Positions 30,182 through 39,775 are shown, numbered from the stretch's first letter. The stretch is 64,000 bases of DNA from Pseudomonadota bacterium (GCA_038134595.1 JAYPVM010000008.1:50011-114010); one strand, 5' to 3'. The notes: generated from the letters alone by a model not told the origin. Numbers and translations: made by a program.

Positions 30182-31398
30182 TCCGATAGTCTTGACCGTA
30201 TAACTCGATACGGAAGCCTAGAGGGAGAAACAATATCGTACAGCGCGGAAAGCTCCCCTAGAGGTTCTTTCGTAATAAGCCTAGCGATCAATTCAGCTCC
30301 GATAGGACAGGAGAGGACTCCACGACTTCCGTGTCCAGCTGAGATGTAAAGCCTCGGTAGGCATTGAATTGGGATGTTCTTCGGTAGATTTGAGCCCGAA
30401 CGGAGTGCCGAAGCCGCTTGGAACATGAGATTAAAGTCGGGCACATCTCCGATGTAGGGAATGCGATCAATGGTTGAGGTCCTAAAACACACTCGGGGAT
30501 CTGAGTCGGCAGGTGAGAGTGTAAGTGATGCAACTGCTTCCGAAGCTTCGGCCAGGATAGCTCTGGTATCATTGATGTCCGGCAATTCAGAATAATCGGA
30601 ATGCCGATATAACGCGCCTATCAGGGTATGACCATTATGGGGCGGAGTAATATATCCTCCGTAGCATACGGCGGTCTTTAGTGAGGATAGTAACGGCGTG
30701 GTGGGAACCAGCTCGGTTTGACCCCGAATTGCCTCAAGGGGTATCCACGAGGTCGGCTTTAGCGAGCTAGTCTCATATGCTCCGCAGAGAATGGCGATTG
30801 GAGCAGAAAAGGTTGCTCCATCACGTGTTTGTGCTTGCCAGAGGTTATTACTATATCGTAGGTCGCATACCGTAGAATCAAAGCGGATGTGAATGCGTTT
30901 CGAATCGGATAAGAAGTACTGTTGAATAAAAGCACGTGGATCGAGACACCCTGCAGTTTCTGTAAAGAAGGCCTCCGAGTTTATCGGAATACCGCTAATA
31001 GCATTAGCCTCTTGTGCTGACACTCGCCTTGTTTTGGCCGTTCCAAGAATTGGCTGCGAAGATTGTAGGAGCGTTGTTAATCGTTTTGTAGATGGCAATT
31101 GAAGAGCGCCACATTGGTTGAAAACCGAGTCACATAAATTGGATTTCAGGAGCAGTTGAAGAGAAAAGTTATATCCACTTGCGTAGAGCAACTCTCTTGG
31201 AGAAGGCCTATCAGTCAGATAGGGGGTAATGAGCGCTATCGGATTTCCAGACGCCTTGGGAGCAATGGCACTACCTGCCTCGAGGATTAAGGAGGATCCC
31301 CCTCTTGTCGCTAGGGCATGTGCAACCGAGCTACCGGCTAGGCCAGACCCGAGAATTAAGACATCGTAGGTAGAGGAGTATTGTGCGCGAGTCATCAC
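30175..31398 (-). CDS. mnmC: Stand-alone FAD-dependent oxidoreductase domain of MnmC (tRNA cmnm5U34 oxidase)
   Basis: GSGLAG, ASGNP, IRGQ, GYITP, DRIPYIG, GHGSRG; no N-terminal methyltransferase domain. Confidence 0.78.
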   Translation of the reverse strand: MMTRAQYSSTYDVLILGSGLAGSSVAHALATRGGSSLILEAGSAIAPKASGNPIALITPYLTDRPSPRELLYASGYNFSLQLLLKSNLCDSVFNQCGALQLPSTKRLTTLLQSSQPILGTAKTRRVSAQEANAISGIPINSEAFFTETAGCLDPRAFIQQYFLSDSKRIHIRFDSTVCDLRYSNNLWQAQTRDGATFSAPIAILCGAYETSSLKPTSWIPLEAIRGQTELVPTTPLLSSLKTAVCYGGYITPPHNGHTLIGALYRHSDYSELPDINDTRAILAEASEAVASLTLSPADSDPRVCFRTSTIDRIPYIGDVPDFNLMFQAASALRSGSNLPKNIPIQCLPRLYISAGHGSRGVLSCPIGAELIARLITKEPLGELSALYDIVSPSRLPYRVIRSRLSDH

Positions 31399-31572
31399 GT
31401 GTACGCTACCATGATGTCAGAGCGGGGGATAGTCAGGGGAGTAGATCATACTCGGTGTCAAGCAGATGGCTTTAGCATAGTGGCTCTGGGGTTTGTCCGT
31501 TGCGCATTGTGGTAACGCTTAGTACGGTAGAGAAGCATTGGTGTAGAGCAGATGTAACAATGGAGAAAATCA

Positions 31573-32424
31573 GTGGTATCAGAGTTGTGGATAGCAATCA
31601 TCTTAGGCTTAGTCGAGGGTGTTACCGAGTACCTGCCTATCTCTAGCACGGGACATCTTATTCTATTTGGAGAAGCTCTGCAGTTTACGGGAGAGAAAGC
31701 AAAGAGCTTCGATGTTGTAATTCAGCTTGGTGCGATAGCAAGTGTCTTTGTGCTCTATCGGGAGAGATTCTCTGATATCGTATTTTCTCTAAGAGAAGAC
31801 CTTCGAGATCCAATGAAGGCTTGTGAGCCGGGAATTTTTGGGCTCGCTGGAATATGCAAATTGGCGCTCGTCACAGGTCCTGCGTTACTCTTGGCCTTTA
31901 TTGCACGGCACCACATAAAGCAATATCTCTTCGCGCCATTACCCGTTGCATTGGCATTGGGTGTAGGAGGATTGTTGATACTGTTTATGGAGCGACGGAT
32001 AGAGCGGAAGCAGTCAGGACACGGCATTGAAGAGCTAACTTGGCAGCAGAGCCTTGGAATTGGAATTGTGCAGTGTTTGGCGCTGTGGCCTGGAATGTCA
32101 CGTTCTGCCTCTGCGATTATTGGCGGGCTTTGCGTAGGACTCTCCCGCACGGCGGCCACAGAATTTTCATTTTTGGCGGCAGTTCCGATATTAACCGCCG
32201 CCGCGGTATATGATCTTGTAGAAGTAGTGCGGGTGTTTTCATTCGAAGAGTTGCAGTTAGTAGCGATCGGATTTGTGGTCTCGTTCTTTTCCGCGCTTGT
32301 TGCAATGAAGTGGTTTGTCGCTCTTGTAGGATCGTGGAGCTTGCGACCATTTGCGTACTACAGGCTCTTTGTTGCGGCGTTTGTATTGATGATGTTGTGG
32401 ATGAAATCAACAAATGGGTTGTGA
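31573..32424 (+). CDS. uppP: Undecaprenyl-diphosphate phosphatase
   Basis: GLVEGVTEYLPISSTGHL, VIQLGA, PGMSRS, ATEFSF. Confidence 0.97.
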   Translation: MVSELWIAIILGLVEGVTEYLPISSTGHLILFGEALQFTGEKAKSFDVVIQLGAIASVFVLYRERFSDIVFSLREDLRDPMKACEPGIFGLAGICKLALVTGPALLLAFIARHHIKQYLFAPLPVALALGVGGLLILFMERRIERKQSGHGIEELTWQQSLGIGIVQCLALWPGMSRSASAIIGGLCVGLSRTAATEFSFLAAVPILTAAAVYDLVEVVRVFSFEELQLVAIGFVVSFFSALVAMKWFVALVGSWSLRPFAYYRLFVAAFVLMMLWMKSTNGL

Positions 32425-32774
32425 GGTATTTTGAGTGCAGAGATGCAGTTATTACCTGGTAGAGCAAAACTGGTAGTGCCTGTATCTGCGGGGGCTTCTA
32501 TCCGCTGGGACTGTAAACTGAGAGGAAAAAACGAGGAATAACAGAAGTAATCTGTTTGGAAAATGTGGTGAAGTGAGAACGCTCTGTTGAAAGAACCTTA
32601 AAAAAAAACAGCTAGAAAAAAAAGAAAACTATTGCTTAAAAGTACCCGCCCAAACTCTCTGCCATATCTGGTAACTATACCATCAACAAACAACTTGAGT
32701 GGGCACTTCTAAACTAAAACCTCTCGAGCAACCTGATGTAAGAAACCTTCTGTATCCTTATGACACAGAACGTT

Positions 32775-32829
32775 CTCCACTTCGTAAGGGACCAATGGCG
32801 CAGACGTTTTGACCACTTACGAAGGGGAG
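32775..32829. repeat. Inverted repeat / long hairpin upstream of the flagellar operon
   Basis: CTCCACTTCGTAAG ... CTTACGAAGGGGAG (13 of 14 complementary). Confidence 0.7.
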
Positions 32830-33021
32830 TTGCGAACTACACCTTACTCTTATGATACCGTAAACACTCAATCGTATTCAACTCTATTGTAGAAAAACGT
32901 TTTAATTTCATGTGAAAGCTTTTGTTAATACGAAGAATAGCGATAAAAAACATAGTGTTACAGATTTTTCAATAGCTTGCTTTTGGACTGTTCAACGATT
33001 TGTTGGCGTATTTCTGGGCTC

Positions 33022-33037
33022 TGTCAGAGAACTGACA
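33022..33037. promoter_or_regulatory. Palindromic enhancer candidate (GTCA-N6-TGAC, FleQ/FlrA-like)
   Basis: TGTCAG-AGAA-CTGACA perfect 6-4-6 palindrome upstream of a sigma54 motif. Confidence 0.55.
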
Positions 33038-33050
33038 TCCTAAAGCATTC

Positions 33051-33063
33051 TAACTACCTGATA
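33051..33063 (-). promoter_or_regulatory. IHF binding site candidate
   Basis: TATCAGGTAGTTA matches WATCAR-N4-TTR and lies between the enhancer and the sigma54 site. Confidence 0.55.
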
Positions 33064-33079
33064 GTATTATCGTATCGAT

Positions 33080-33095
33080 CGGCGCGCTTCTTGCA
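33080..33095 (+). promoter_or_regulatory. Sigma54 (-24/-12) promoter of the flg/fli operon
   Basis: CGGCGCGCTTCTTGCA = GG-N10-GC, followed by GGAGG SD and ATG 33121. Confidence 0.7.
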
Positions 33096-33120
33096 CTTCT
33101 ACCTCTACGGAGGACTAGAT

Positions 33121-33531
33121 ATGCGAATTCTTGACTCAATGTTTAATCACACAGTTTCTGGGCTCACCAAAGCTCTCGACCTTTCGTGGCGACGAAATAA
33201 GGTGCTTACCAGTAACATTGCTAACGCTGAGACCCCGCAGTATCGAGCTGTCGACCTGCAGTTTGGTCGCGAGCTCGAAGAGGCTTTTCACACAAAGAAC
33301 GCGCAACAGTTAGCAAGAACCCAAAGCTCTCACCTCGATCTTACGAGAAATAGTAGTGCAAAAATTATCGAGGACCTAGCGGGTGCGACTAAGGCTGACG
33401 GTAACAACGTGGATATCGACATTCAGATGGCGCAGTTAGCAAAGACTAGTGGAGAGTTTGCTACTGCAGCACAACTTATTAAACGTCAGATCGGACTTGT
33501 TCGAACTGCCATACGGGAGAGTAGACAATAA
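33121..33531 (+). CDS. flgB: Flagellar basal-body rod protein FlgB
   Basis: SNIANAETPQYRAVDL, DGNNVDID. Confidence 0.95.
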   Translation: MRILDSMFNHTVSGLTKALDLSWRRNKVLTSNIANAETPQYRAVDLQFGRELEEAFHTKNAQQLARTQSSHLDLTRNSSAKIIEDLAGATKADGNNVDIDIQMAQLAKTSGEFATAAQLIKRQIGLVRTAIRESRQ

Positions 33532-33974
33532 TGGCTATCTCAAAGGATCTTAAAGGAGCATTTGATGCTACTACTATCGCGGCCGCGGGACTTTCTGCGA
33601 GTAGGTATCGTCTCGATGTAGGGGCAGCCAATTTGGCCAACATGGAAACTCCGGGTTACAAGCGTCGTGACGTGTTTCAAACTGCGGTGTCGATGCCTGC
33701 GCAGGGGAGTTTCTCATCGATTTTGGACCGCAACACACTTTCAAAGCCGATGGTATACGCCGTGCTAGAAGATGACTCCCCTGCACGGATGGAGTATCGA
33801 CCAAATCATCCGCAGGCAGACGAGAAAGGATATGTGGCTCTTCCGAATATCAACATCGTTGAGACTATGACTGACATGATGTCTGCAAGCAGACTGTATC
33901 AAGCAAATGCCACGGCTCTGCAGGAGGCTAGAAGTATGGCTGGTGAGGCCCGTAAAATTTTAACTATGATATGA
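33531..33974 (+). CDS. flgC: Flagellar basal-body rod protein FlgC
   Basis: ANLANMET..YKRR, YRPNHPQADEKGYVALPNIN, ASRLYQAN. Confidence 0.95.
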   Translation: MAISKDLKGAFDATTIAAAGLSASRYRLDVGAANLANMETPGYKRRDVFQTAVSMPAQGSFSSILDRNTLSKPMVYAVLEDDSPARMEYRPNHPQADEKGYVALPNINIVETMTDMMSASRLYQANATALQEARSMAGEARKILTMI

Positions 33975-33988
33975 GGTAAGGAGTAGAT

Positions 33989-34309
33989 ATGTCGATTAAC
34001 GGTATAGACCCCCGGTTGCCCAATATCCCCGCAATTAAACCCTCTGAGCCCCGTGTCGCTCCACAGGAGCAGGGCAAAACTACGGGCGGAGGATTTGGCG
34101 AGATGTTCGAAAATGCCCTGCAAGAGGTTAATCAACTGCAAACTACAGCAGATAAACAGATAGAAGGTCTTGTGCTTAAGAGCGAGGGAGTAACACCGCA
34201 TTCAGCGATGATTGCACTTGAGAAGGCAGACGTTGCCTTTCAAATGATGTCTGCTATTCGCAGTAAGATCGTTAGGGCGTACGAAGAGATCGTCCGAACA
34301 CAAGTTTAA
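33989..34309 (+). CDS. fliE: Flagellar hook-basal body protein FliE
   Basis: ALQEVNQLQ, MIALEKA, IRSKIVRAYEEIVRTQV. Confidence 0.95.
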   Translation: MSINGIDPRLPNIPAIKPSEPRVAPQEQGKTTGGGFGEMFENALQEVNQLQTTADKQIEGLVLKSEGVTPHSAMIALEKADVAFQMMSAIRSKIVRAYEEIVRTQV

Positions 34310-34337
34310 TACATACAAGTACTACTAGGGGATTATT

Positions 34338-36065
34338 GTGGCTGCATCGTTAGATCCGAAGGAAATCTTTACGCAACTTGTTGACCGTTATGTGAAATTA
34401 CCTGTCGCACAAAAAGTGGCACTACCAGTGCTTCTTATTTTTTGCGTTTGGGCGATTGTATACACATCTCAAGTGGCGACCCGACCTGAATATTCTGTGT
34501 TGTATTCAGATCTATCGACAGCCGATGCCGGTGCTGTTGTTGGGCGCTTAAAGGAGATGAAAATCGCCTATAGGCTCGATGGTAACTCTGTATCGGTGTC
34601 ACCACCATCTCAGGTTCATGAGTTGCGTCTGTCGCTTGCTTCAGAAGGCTTGCCAAAAACTGGGTCGGTAGGTTTTGAGCTTTTTGATGGTACTAACTTT
34701 GCCACTACGACGCTCGGTGAGATGGTAAAGAAACAGCGGGCCACACAGGGAGAGCTTGAGAGGACAATCATGTCACTTGACGCTGTCATGGCGGCTCGAG
34801 TGCATATCTCTCAACCCGAGAAGACGATCTTTACCAAGGACGCGCCAAAAGCAGGAGCATCAGTTTTTCTGAAGCTTCGACCAGGTACTGAATTAGATAA
34901 AAAACAGATCAAAGGAATTGCATTCTTTGTGTCCTCTGGTGTTGAAGGTTTGACCCCCGACAATGTCACCATAATAGATGAGTACGGCAACTTACTTACC
35001 TTTAAAAATGATGAGGGAGATGCTCTCGGTGAAGAAACTACGCGGTTGCAGTACATCCGAGAGGTAGAAAGAGGATATGCCTCTCGTATTGAATCCATGT
35101 TGGCAAAGGTTCTTGGCCCAGGAAAAGTGATTGCTCGAGTTACGGCGGATCTCGATTTTTCATCGAATGAGCGTGAAGAAGAGAGCTACGATCCGGGTGG
35201 AAAGGTAATGCGTTCAGAGCGAAGCATTGAGGAGGGAACAGCCACTACGCAACGGGGCGGTGTGCCAGGGGTAGTAAGTAATCTCACAAACGACCCTAGA
35301 GCTACTACAGCACCAGAGAATCCGAGTGATGAGAATTCTCGAAGAGAGAGTGTAAAGAACTATGAGATCTCTCGGGCAATTACGAGAAGTAGTCAAGCTC
35401 GCGGTAAGCTTCTACGACTGTCTGCCGCCGTGCTTGTAGATGGTAAGTCCATAGAAGTAGTTCCTGCCACAGAAAGCGAAGATAATAGCGCTAAGCAATA
35501 CGCCTCATTATCTCCGGAGGTCTTGGCACAGGTTGAGGGAATCGTAAAATCGGCAATTGGGTTCGATTCCACGCGAGGAGACGTAGTTACAGTAGAAAAT
35601 GTTCCGTTTTTTGAGCCGGATGCAGGGCTTCGTGAAGAACTGGCAAAAGCGCACCAGACAGATCAGTATTTGAAATACGGAGGCCTATTGGTTCCCGTAG
35701 TAGCCCTATTACTATTTATTCTTTTTGTATTACGACCATTGGTTAAATTCTTAACCACTCCAACACAACAGGAGATTGATTTAGCAAAGCTTCTGCCGAG
35801 TGATTTTGTCAGTGCGGATGAGATTGCAGAGCAGAAGCGAGCAGCTTTAGAGCATCAACAAGCAGGTGGGGATATGAAATCGGGAGAAAACCAACCAGGT
35901 ACAGCTGGGGATGGAGAGAAGAAGTCAAAAATTGAAGGTGTTGATCCCACGGCAGACTTAGAGCAGTTTGAAGAAATTATTGCGGAGAATGTTCGTCTTG
36001 TGAATGAAAATCCACAACAAGCAGCGCTTCTCATCCGGTATTGGCTAAATGATGGAAAGATCTAA
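34338..36065 (+). CDS. fliF: Flagellar MS-ring protein FliF
   Basis: YSVLYSDL, GFELFD, GELERTI, ARVHI, RGDVVTVEN, C-terminal LIRYWL. Confidence 0.96.
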   Translation: MAASLDPKEIFTQLVDRYVKLPVAQKVALPVLLIFCVWAIVYTSQVATRPEYSVLYSDLSTADAGAVVGRLKEMKIAYRLDGNSVSVSPPSQVHELRLSLASEGLPKTGSVGFELFDGTNFATTTLGEMVKKQRATQGELERTIMSLDAVMAARVHISQPEKTIFTKDAPKAGASVFLKLRPGTELDKKQIKGIAFFVSSGVEGLTPDNVTIIDEYGNLLTFKNDEGDALGEETTRLQYIREVERGYASRIESMLAKVLGPGKVIARVTADLDFSSNEREEESYDPGGKVMRSERSIEEGTATTQRGGVPGVVSNLTNDPRATTAPENPSDENSRRESVKNYEISRAITRSSQARGKLLRLSAAVLVDGKSIEVVPATESEDNSAKQYASLSPEVLAQVEGIVKSAIGFDSTRGDVVTVENVPFFEPDAGLREELAKAHQTDQYLKYGGLLVPVVALLLFILFVLRPLVKFLTTPTQQEIDLAKLLPSDFVSADEIAEQKRAALEHQQAGGDMKSGENQPGTAGDGEKKSKIEGVDPTADLEQFEEIIAENVRLVNENPQQAALLIRYWLNDGKI

Positions 36066-36087
36066 GCGGTAGTAGATAGAGGTTAGT

Positions 36088-37176
36088 ATGACTACTCCAC
36101 AAACACACGACGAATCGGAGCAAACTGCGCAAACAATGCATACCTATGTGCCGGCGGAATATAAGGAAGAGTCGTGGGAGGTGGTAGAAGCAGAGCCTGC
36201 TCCATCTGATGACTTTCAACCCATGGAATTCGAGACGCTCGAAGACTCGAGTTACTCAGTAGACCCGATGTTTGCTGATTTTGCTTCCCCTGAGTTTGTA
36301 GCAGATTCGTTTGGAGATTCAAAAGGGAAACCTGATGAGCGGAAGACTGACTCCTTGGATGAATTTTCATCTCATGTAGTGAAAGAAAGCCAAGAGAAAG
36401 ATGATTTCCAACCAGATTTCATCGTGGATAAAGACCAAGAACAGGAATCTCCAGATCTACTAACTGAAGCTTCTTTCGTTGATCCTGATGGTACATCGGC
36501 TATAGAAGAGTCCGCTGAGATAGAGCGTGAAGGTTTCGAGCCTCAAGATGAAAACGAGCCTCAAAATGGGAGTGAATCTATTGTAGATGAGGGATTAAGT
36601 GCTGACTCCGATGAAGAGAGAGCCGTCGATAGTACTAGTCAGGAGGAATTTGAAGAGCAAGCTGTTCCAGAAGTTGATGTAGCGAATGCCTCATTTGAGG
36701 AGGGATACGCCAAAGGCATCGAGCAGGCAAAAGAGGATCGGAGCCTTATGCAGGTTATGATGCAGGAGCAGTATACGCTTTTGTGGGAAGATATGCAGGT
36801 GCAGCTTGATGAACTGAAGCAGGAGCATGAGACGCGAGCCGTAGAACTAGCGATGCGTGTGGCAAATAAGTTAGTGGGAAGTGTTGTAAACGACCACAAG
36901 GAGTATGTAATCGATGTCATTCGAGAGGCCCTGACTAGTGTCGGTAAGGCCACCATTAACGGTATTCGAGTAAGCCCCCAGTCATTTGAACTTCTTGGTC
37001 TTGATGAGTACGGGGAGCAGGTAAAGATTCATGGGGATCAGAAATTAACATTTAAACCAGATGAGTCCATTCGGGCCGGGTGTATCGTTGAGACTGCGGC
37101 GGGCGAGAGTGATTTTGATCTTGATAGAGCATGGCAGCGAATGTATGCCAAGGTCACCGGGAGTTCAGAGTTATGA
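36088..37176 (+). CDS. fliH: FliH with ~200-aa acidic N-terminal extension
   Basis: FEEGYAKG, IRVSP, DESIRAGCIVET; position before fliI. Confidence 0.82.
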   Translation: MTTPQTHDESEQTAQTMHTYVPAEYKEESWEVVEAEPAPSDDFQPMEFETLEDSSYSVDPMFADFASPEFVADSFGDSKGKPDERKTDSLDEFSSHVVKESQEKDDFQPDFIVDKDQEQESPDLLTEASFVDPDGTSAIEESAEIEREGFEPQDENEPQNGSESIVDEGLSADSDEERAVDSTSQEEFEEQAVPEVDVANASFEEGYAKGIEQAKEDRSLMQVMMQEQYTLLWEDMQVQLDELKQEHETRAVELAMRVANKLVGSVVNDHKEYVIDVIREALTSVGKATINGIRVSPQSFELLGLDEYGEQVKIHGDQKLTFKPDESIRAGCIVETAAGESDFDLDRAWQRMYAKVTGSSEL

Positions 37177-38501
37177 GTAGTGATGTGAGCTTTCAGGGAG
37201 GATTTGAGGCTGCTGAGCATTTAGCTGAGAAGGAGCCTGTCGGCGAGCACCGAGGTGTAGTGTCCGATGTGCGAGGAGTTCTTATCGAAGGAACTGGCCC
37301 ACTATTGCCCGTTGGGGCTCACGTGAAGATAGCAACGAGTACAGATTCAGTTCCGGCACAAGTAGTTGGGTTTCGAAATGATAGAGTTTTGCTGATGCCG
37401 TTTGCTGATGTGCACGGTATCGCCCCTGGCACAACAATTACTGCCGCACAAGGCGACTCTCGGGTGCATGTTTCGCCGGCATTGCAGGGGCGGGTACTAG
37501 ACGCTCTTGGTAATCCTCTTGATGGCAAGCCGCTTCCAATAATGAGTGAGACCGTGCCGCTTTACCGAGACCCTCCGAATCCGGTGACTCGAACTAGGAT
37601 ATCGAAATGCCTTGACCTTGGTATTCGCGCAATGAATGGGCTTCTGACTGTTGGTCAAGGGCAACGTGTTGCGATTATGGCGGGATCGGGTGTAGGAAAG
37701 TCAACGCTTCTGGGAATGATAGCAAGGACTTCTAGCGCCGATGTGAATGTTATTGCTCTCGTGGGAGAACGAGGAAGAGAAGTCCGAGAGTTTTTGGAGC
37801 GAGACCTTGGACCAGAGGGAGTTCAACGTTCTGTTGTGGTTGTCGCAACAGGGGATCAGCCAGCCTTACTCAGGATTAGAGCGGCATTTACCGCAACTGC
37901 CATTGCTGAGTATTTTCGTGACCAAGGAAAGACAGTCAATCTTATGGTTGATTCAGTTACCCGTTTAGCAATGGCCCAGCGTGAGGTCGGATTAGCCTCA
38001 GGGGAACCGCCAGCAACTCGGGGTTATACACCTTCGGTATTTGCGATGTTACCACGGCTACTTGAACGAGCCGGTACGAGTGCAGGAGCTGGTAGCATCA
38101 CCGGACTCTACACTGTACTCGTCGAGGGTGATGATATGAATGAGCCGGTGGCAGACACCGTAAGGGGTATTCTTGATGGCCACATAGTTCTAAGTCGTAG
38201 ACTTGCAGGGCGAGGCCACTATCCCGCAATTGACGTCTTGCAAAGTATCTCTCGATCGATGAGTGATATCGTTTCCAAAGAGATTATGCATGCGGCAAGT
38301 GAGATCCGAGAGATTTTAGCATCGTATCAGGACGCCGAGGATCTCATTACTATCGGAGCGTATAAACAGGGGCAAAATCCAAGGGTTGATAGGGCAGTAG
38401 AGCGAATCGAAGCCGTACACCAGTTTCTGCGGCAAGCCGTAGATGAACCTATTTCGATCGAAGAAACGTGGCAAGCAATGAACGCCATTCTAACGGAATA
38501 G
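37173..38501 (+). CDS. fliI: Flagellar export ATPase FliI
   Basis: AGSGVGKST Walker A, GERGREV, DSVTR, GILDGHIVLSR; ATGA overlap with fliH. Confidence 0.96.
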   Translation: MSSDVSFQGGFEAAEHLAEKEPVGEHRGVVSDVRGVLIEGTGPLLPVGAHVKIATSTDSVPAQVVGFRNDRVLLMPFADVHGIAPGTTITAAQGDSRVHVSPALQGRVLDALGNPLDGKPLPIMSETVPLYRDPPNPVTRTRISKCLDLGIRAMNGLLTVGQGQRVAIMAGSGVGKSTLLGMIARTSSADVNVIALVGERGREVREFLERDLGPEGVQRSVVVVATGDQPALLRIRAAFTATAIAEYFRDQGKTVNLMVDSVTRLAMAQREVGLASGEPPATRGYTPSVFAMLPRLLERAGTSAGAGSITGLYTVLVEGDDMNEPVADTVRGILDGHIVLSRRLAGRGHYPAIDVLQSISRSMSDIVSKEIMHAASEIREILASYQDAEDLITIGAYKQGQNPRVDRAVERIEAVHQFLRQAVDEPISIEETWQAMNAILTE

Positions 38502-38505
38502 CTCT

Positions 38506-38940
38506 ATGAAGCGATTTAAGTTTCGGCTACAGAGAGTCTTAGATGTCCGTGCCCAGATCCGTGACGAAGCGCGTCAAGAACTTGTCCGTCGAAACAATGA
38601 ACGAGACCATGAACTATCTATTTTGGCGTACTTAGAGCAGGAATATCTGAACAACGCGCTAGTAGACGGTGGCACATATTCTGCTACTGATCTGTTGGCA
38701 AAAGGCGTTTATAGCGAGCGGCTTGAAAAGGCAATAGAGCACCAGCAGGTTGTAGTCCAGGAGGCCATTGCAAAAGCGGAGGAAGCCCTTGATGCATATA
38801 TCGAGGCGAGTAAGGAAGCTAAAGCGATTGAGATGCTTCGGGAGAAAAAACTCCTTGAGTTTAAGGAAGAAGTGCTAAAAAGCGAAGCGGCTGTTTTAGA
38901 TGAGATAGCGCTTCAGAAGTTTGGCGGAGAGGTCAACTAG
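38506..38940 (+). CDS. fliJ: Flagellar export protein FliJ
   Basis: FKFRLQRVL N-terminus, coiled coil, LDEIA C-terminus; follows fliI. Confidence 0.9.
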   Translation: MKRFKFRLQRVLDVRAQIRDEARQELVRRNNERDHELSILAYLEQEYLNNALVDGGTYSATDLLAKGVYSERLEKAIEHQQVVVQEAIAKAEEALDAYIEASKEAKAIEMLREKKLLEFKEEVLKSEAAVLDEIALQKFGGEVN

Positions 38941-38950
38941 GAAAGTAATT

Positions 38951-39757
38951 ATGAGTGATAAGAAACTGACCAAAGAGCAAGCCCACGCACTGTATGATTC
39001 AATGCACAGTGCGATGAAAAAAATGGTTAAAAACGGCACATTTGTTGAGGGCCAGGAGAAGCCCGGGGGTGCGATGAAAAAAACTGTTGCCGCTCAGAAG
39101 GTCACAGGAGCTGCAGCTTACGGTACTTCTACTGCTTCGAGCACGCAATCTCGCCGAGGTGCGTTTGGTGGAGGATTGAAGAAGGTGCGGGATCGTATGG
39201 GACGACGAACTCGACTCGACGGTCAAGGCGTTGCTATTATAGGTATTGCGGCGCTGGGAATGCTCAAGATAGGACTCTCTGCCGTAGTCGCCAGTGGTAT
39301 AGCCCCAGTTGAGCCCGCGCAAGCCGTGGTAGTCGCTCCTCGACCCGTAGGCCCACAGTGGACTAAGCAGGAAGTGGAAGTCCTCAAAGGGCTCGATGCT
39401 CGAAGAGTAGAATTAGAGGAGCGGGGACAACGCCTTGAGAAACGGGAGCAGGAGTTTGCTCTTCAGGAACGAGAGCTTGTTGTTCGACTTACCGAACTTA
39501 AAGATCTCACAGAGCGTTTGAAACTCGAGCGAGAAAAGAGTGATAAAAAGAAAAACACGCAACTCGATCAGTTGGCAAATGTATATGGCTCTATGAATCC
39601 GCCAGAAGCCGCACACTTGCTGGAGCAATTGGATATTCATGTAGCTCTGTCGCTCGTTGAGCGGATGCCGGAGAAGCGCATCGGCCAAATACTCTCGCTG
39701 ATGGAAGCCTCTCGAGCCCTTGAACTTACTAATTTACTCAGTAAGAGAAAGGCATAA
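38951..39757 (+). CDS. MotE/YlxF-like flagellar protein (TM, coiled coil, MgtE-N/ARM-like domain)
   Basis: YGSMNPPEAAHLLEQL..MPEKRIGQILSLM; canonical position after fliJ. Confidence 0.8.
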   Translation: MSDKKLTKEQAHALYDSMHSAMKKMVKNGTFVEGQEKPGGAMKKTVAAQKVTGAAAYGTSTASSTQSRRGAFGGGLKKVRDRMGRRTRLDGQGVAIIGIAALGMLKIGLSAVVASGIAPVEPAQAVVVAPRPVGPQWTKQEVEVLKGLDARRVELEERGQRLEKREQEFALQERELVVRLTELKDLTERLKLEREKSDKKKNTQLDQLANVYGSMNPPEAAHLLEQLDIHVALSLVERMPEKRIGQILSLMEASRALELTNLLSKRKA

Positions 39758-39775
39758 GGGGAGTATGTAGGGCCT

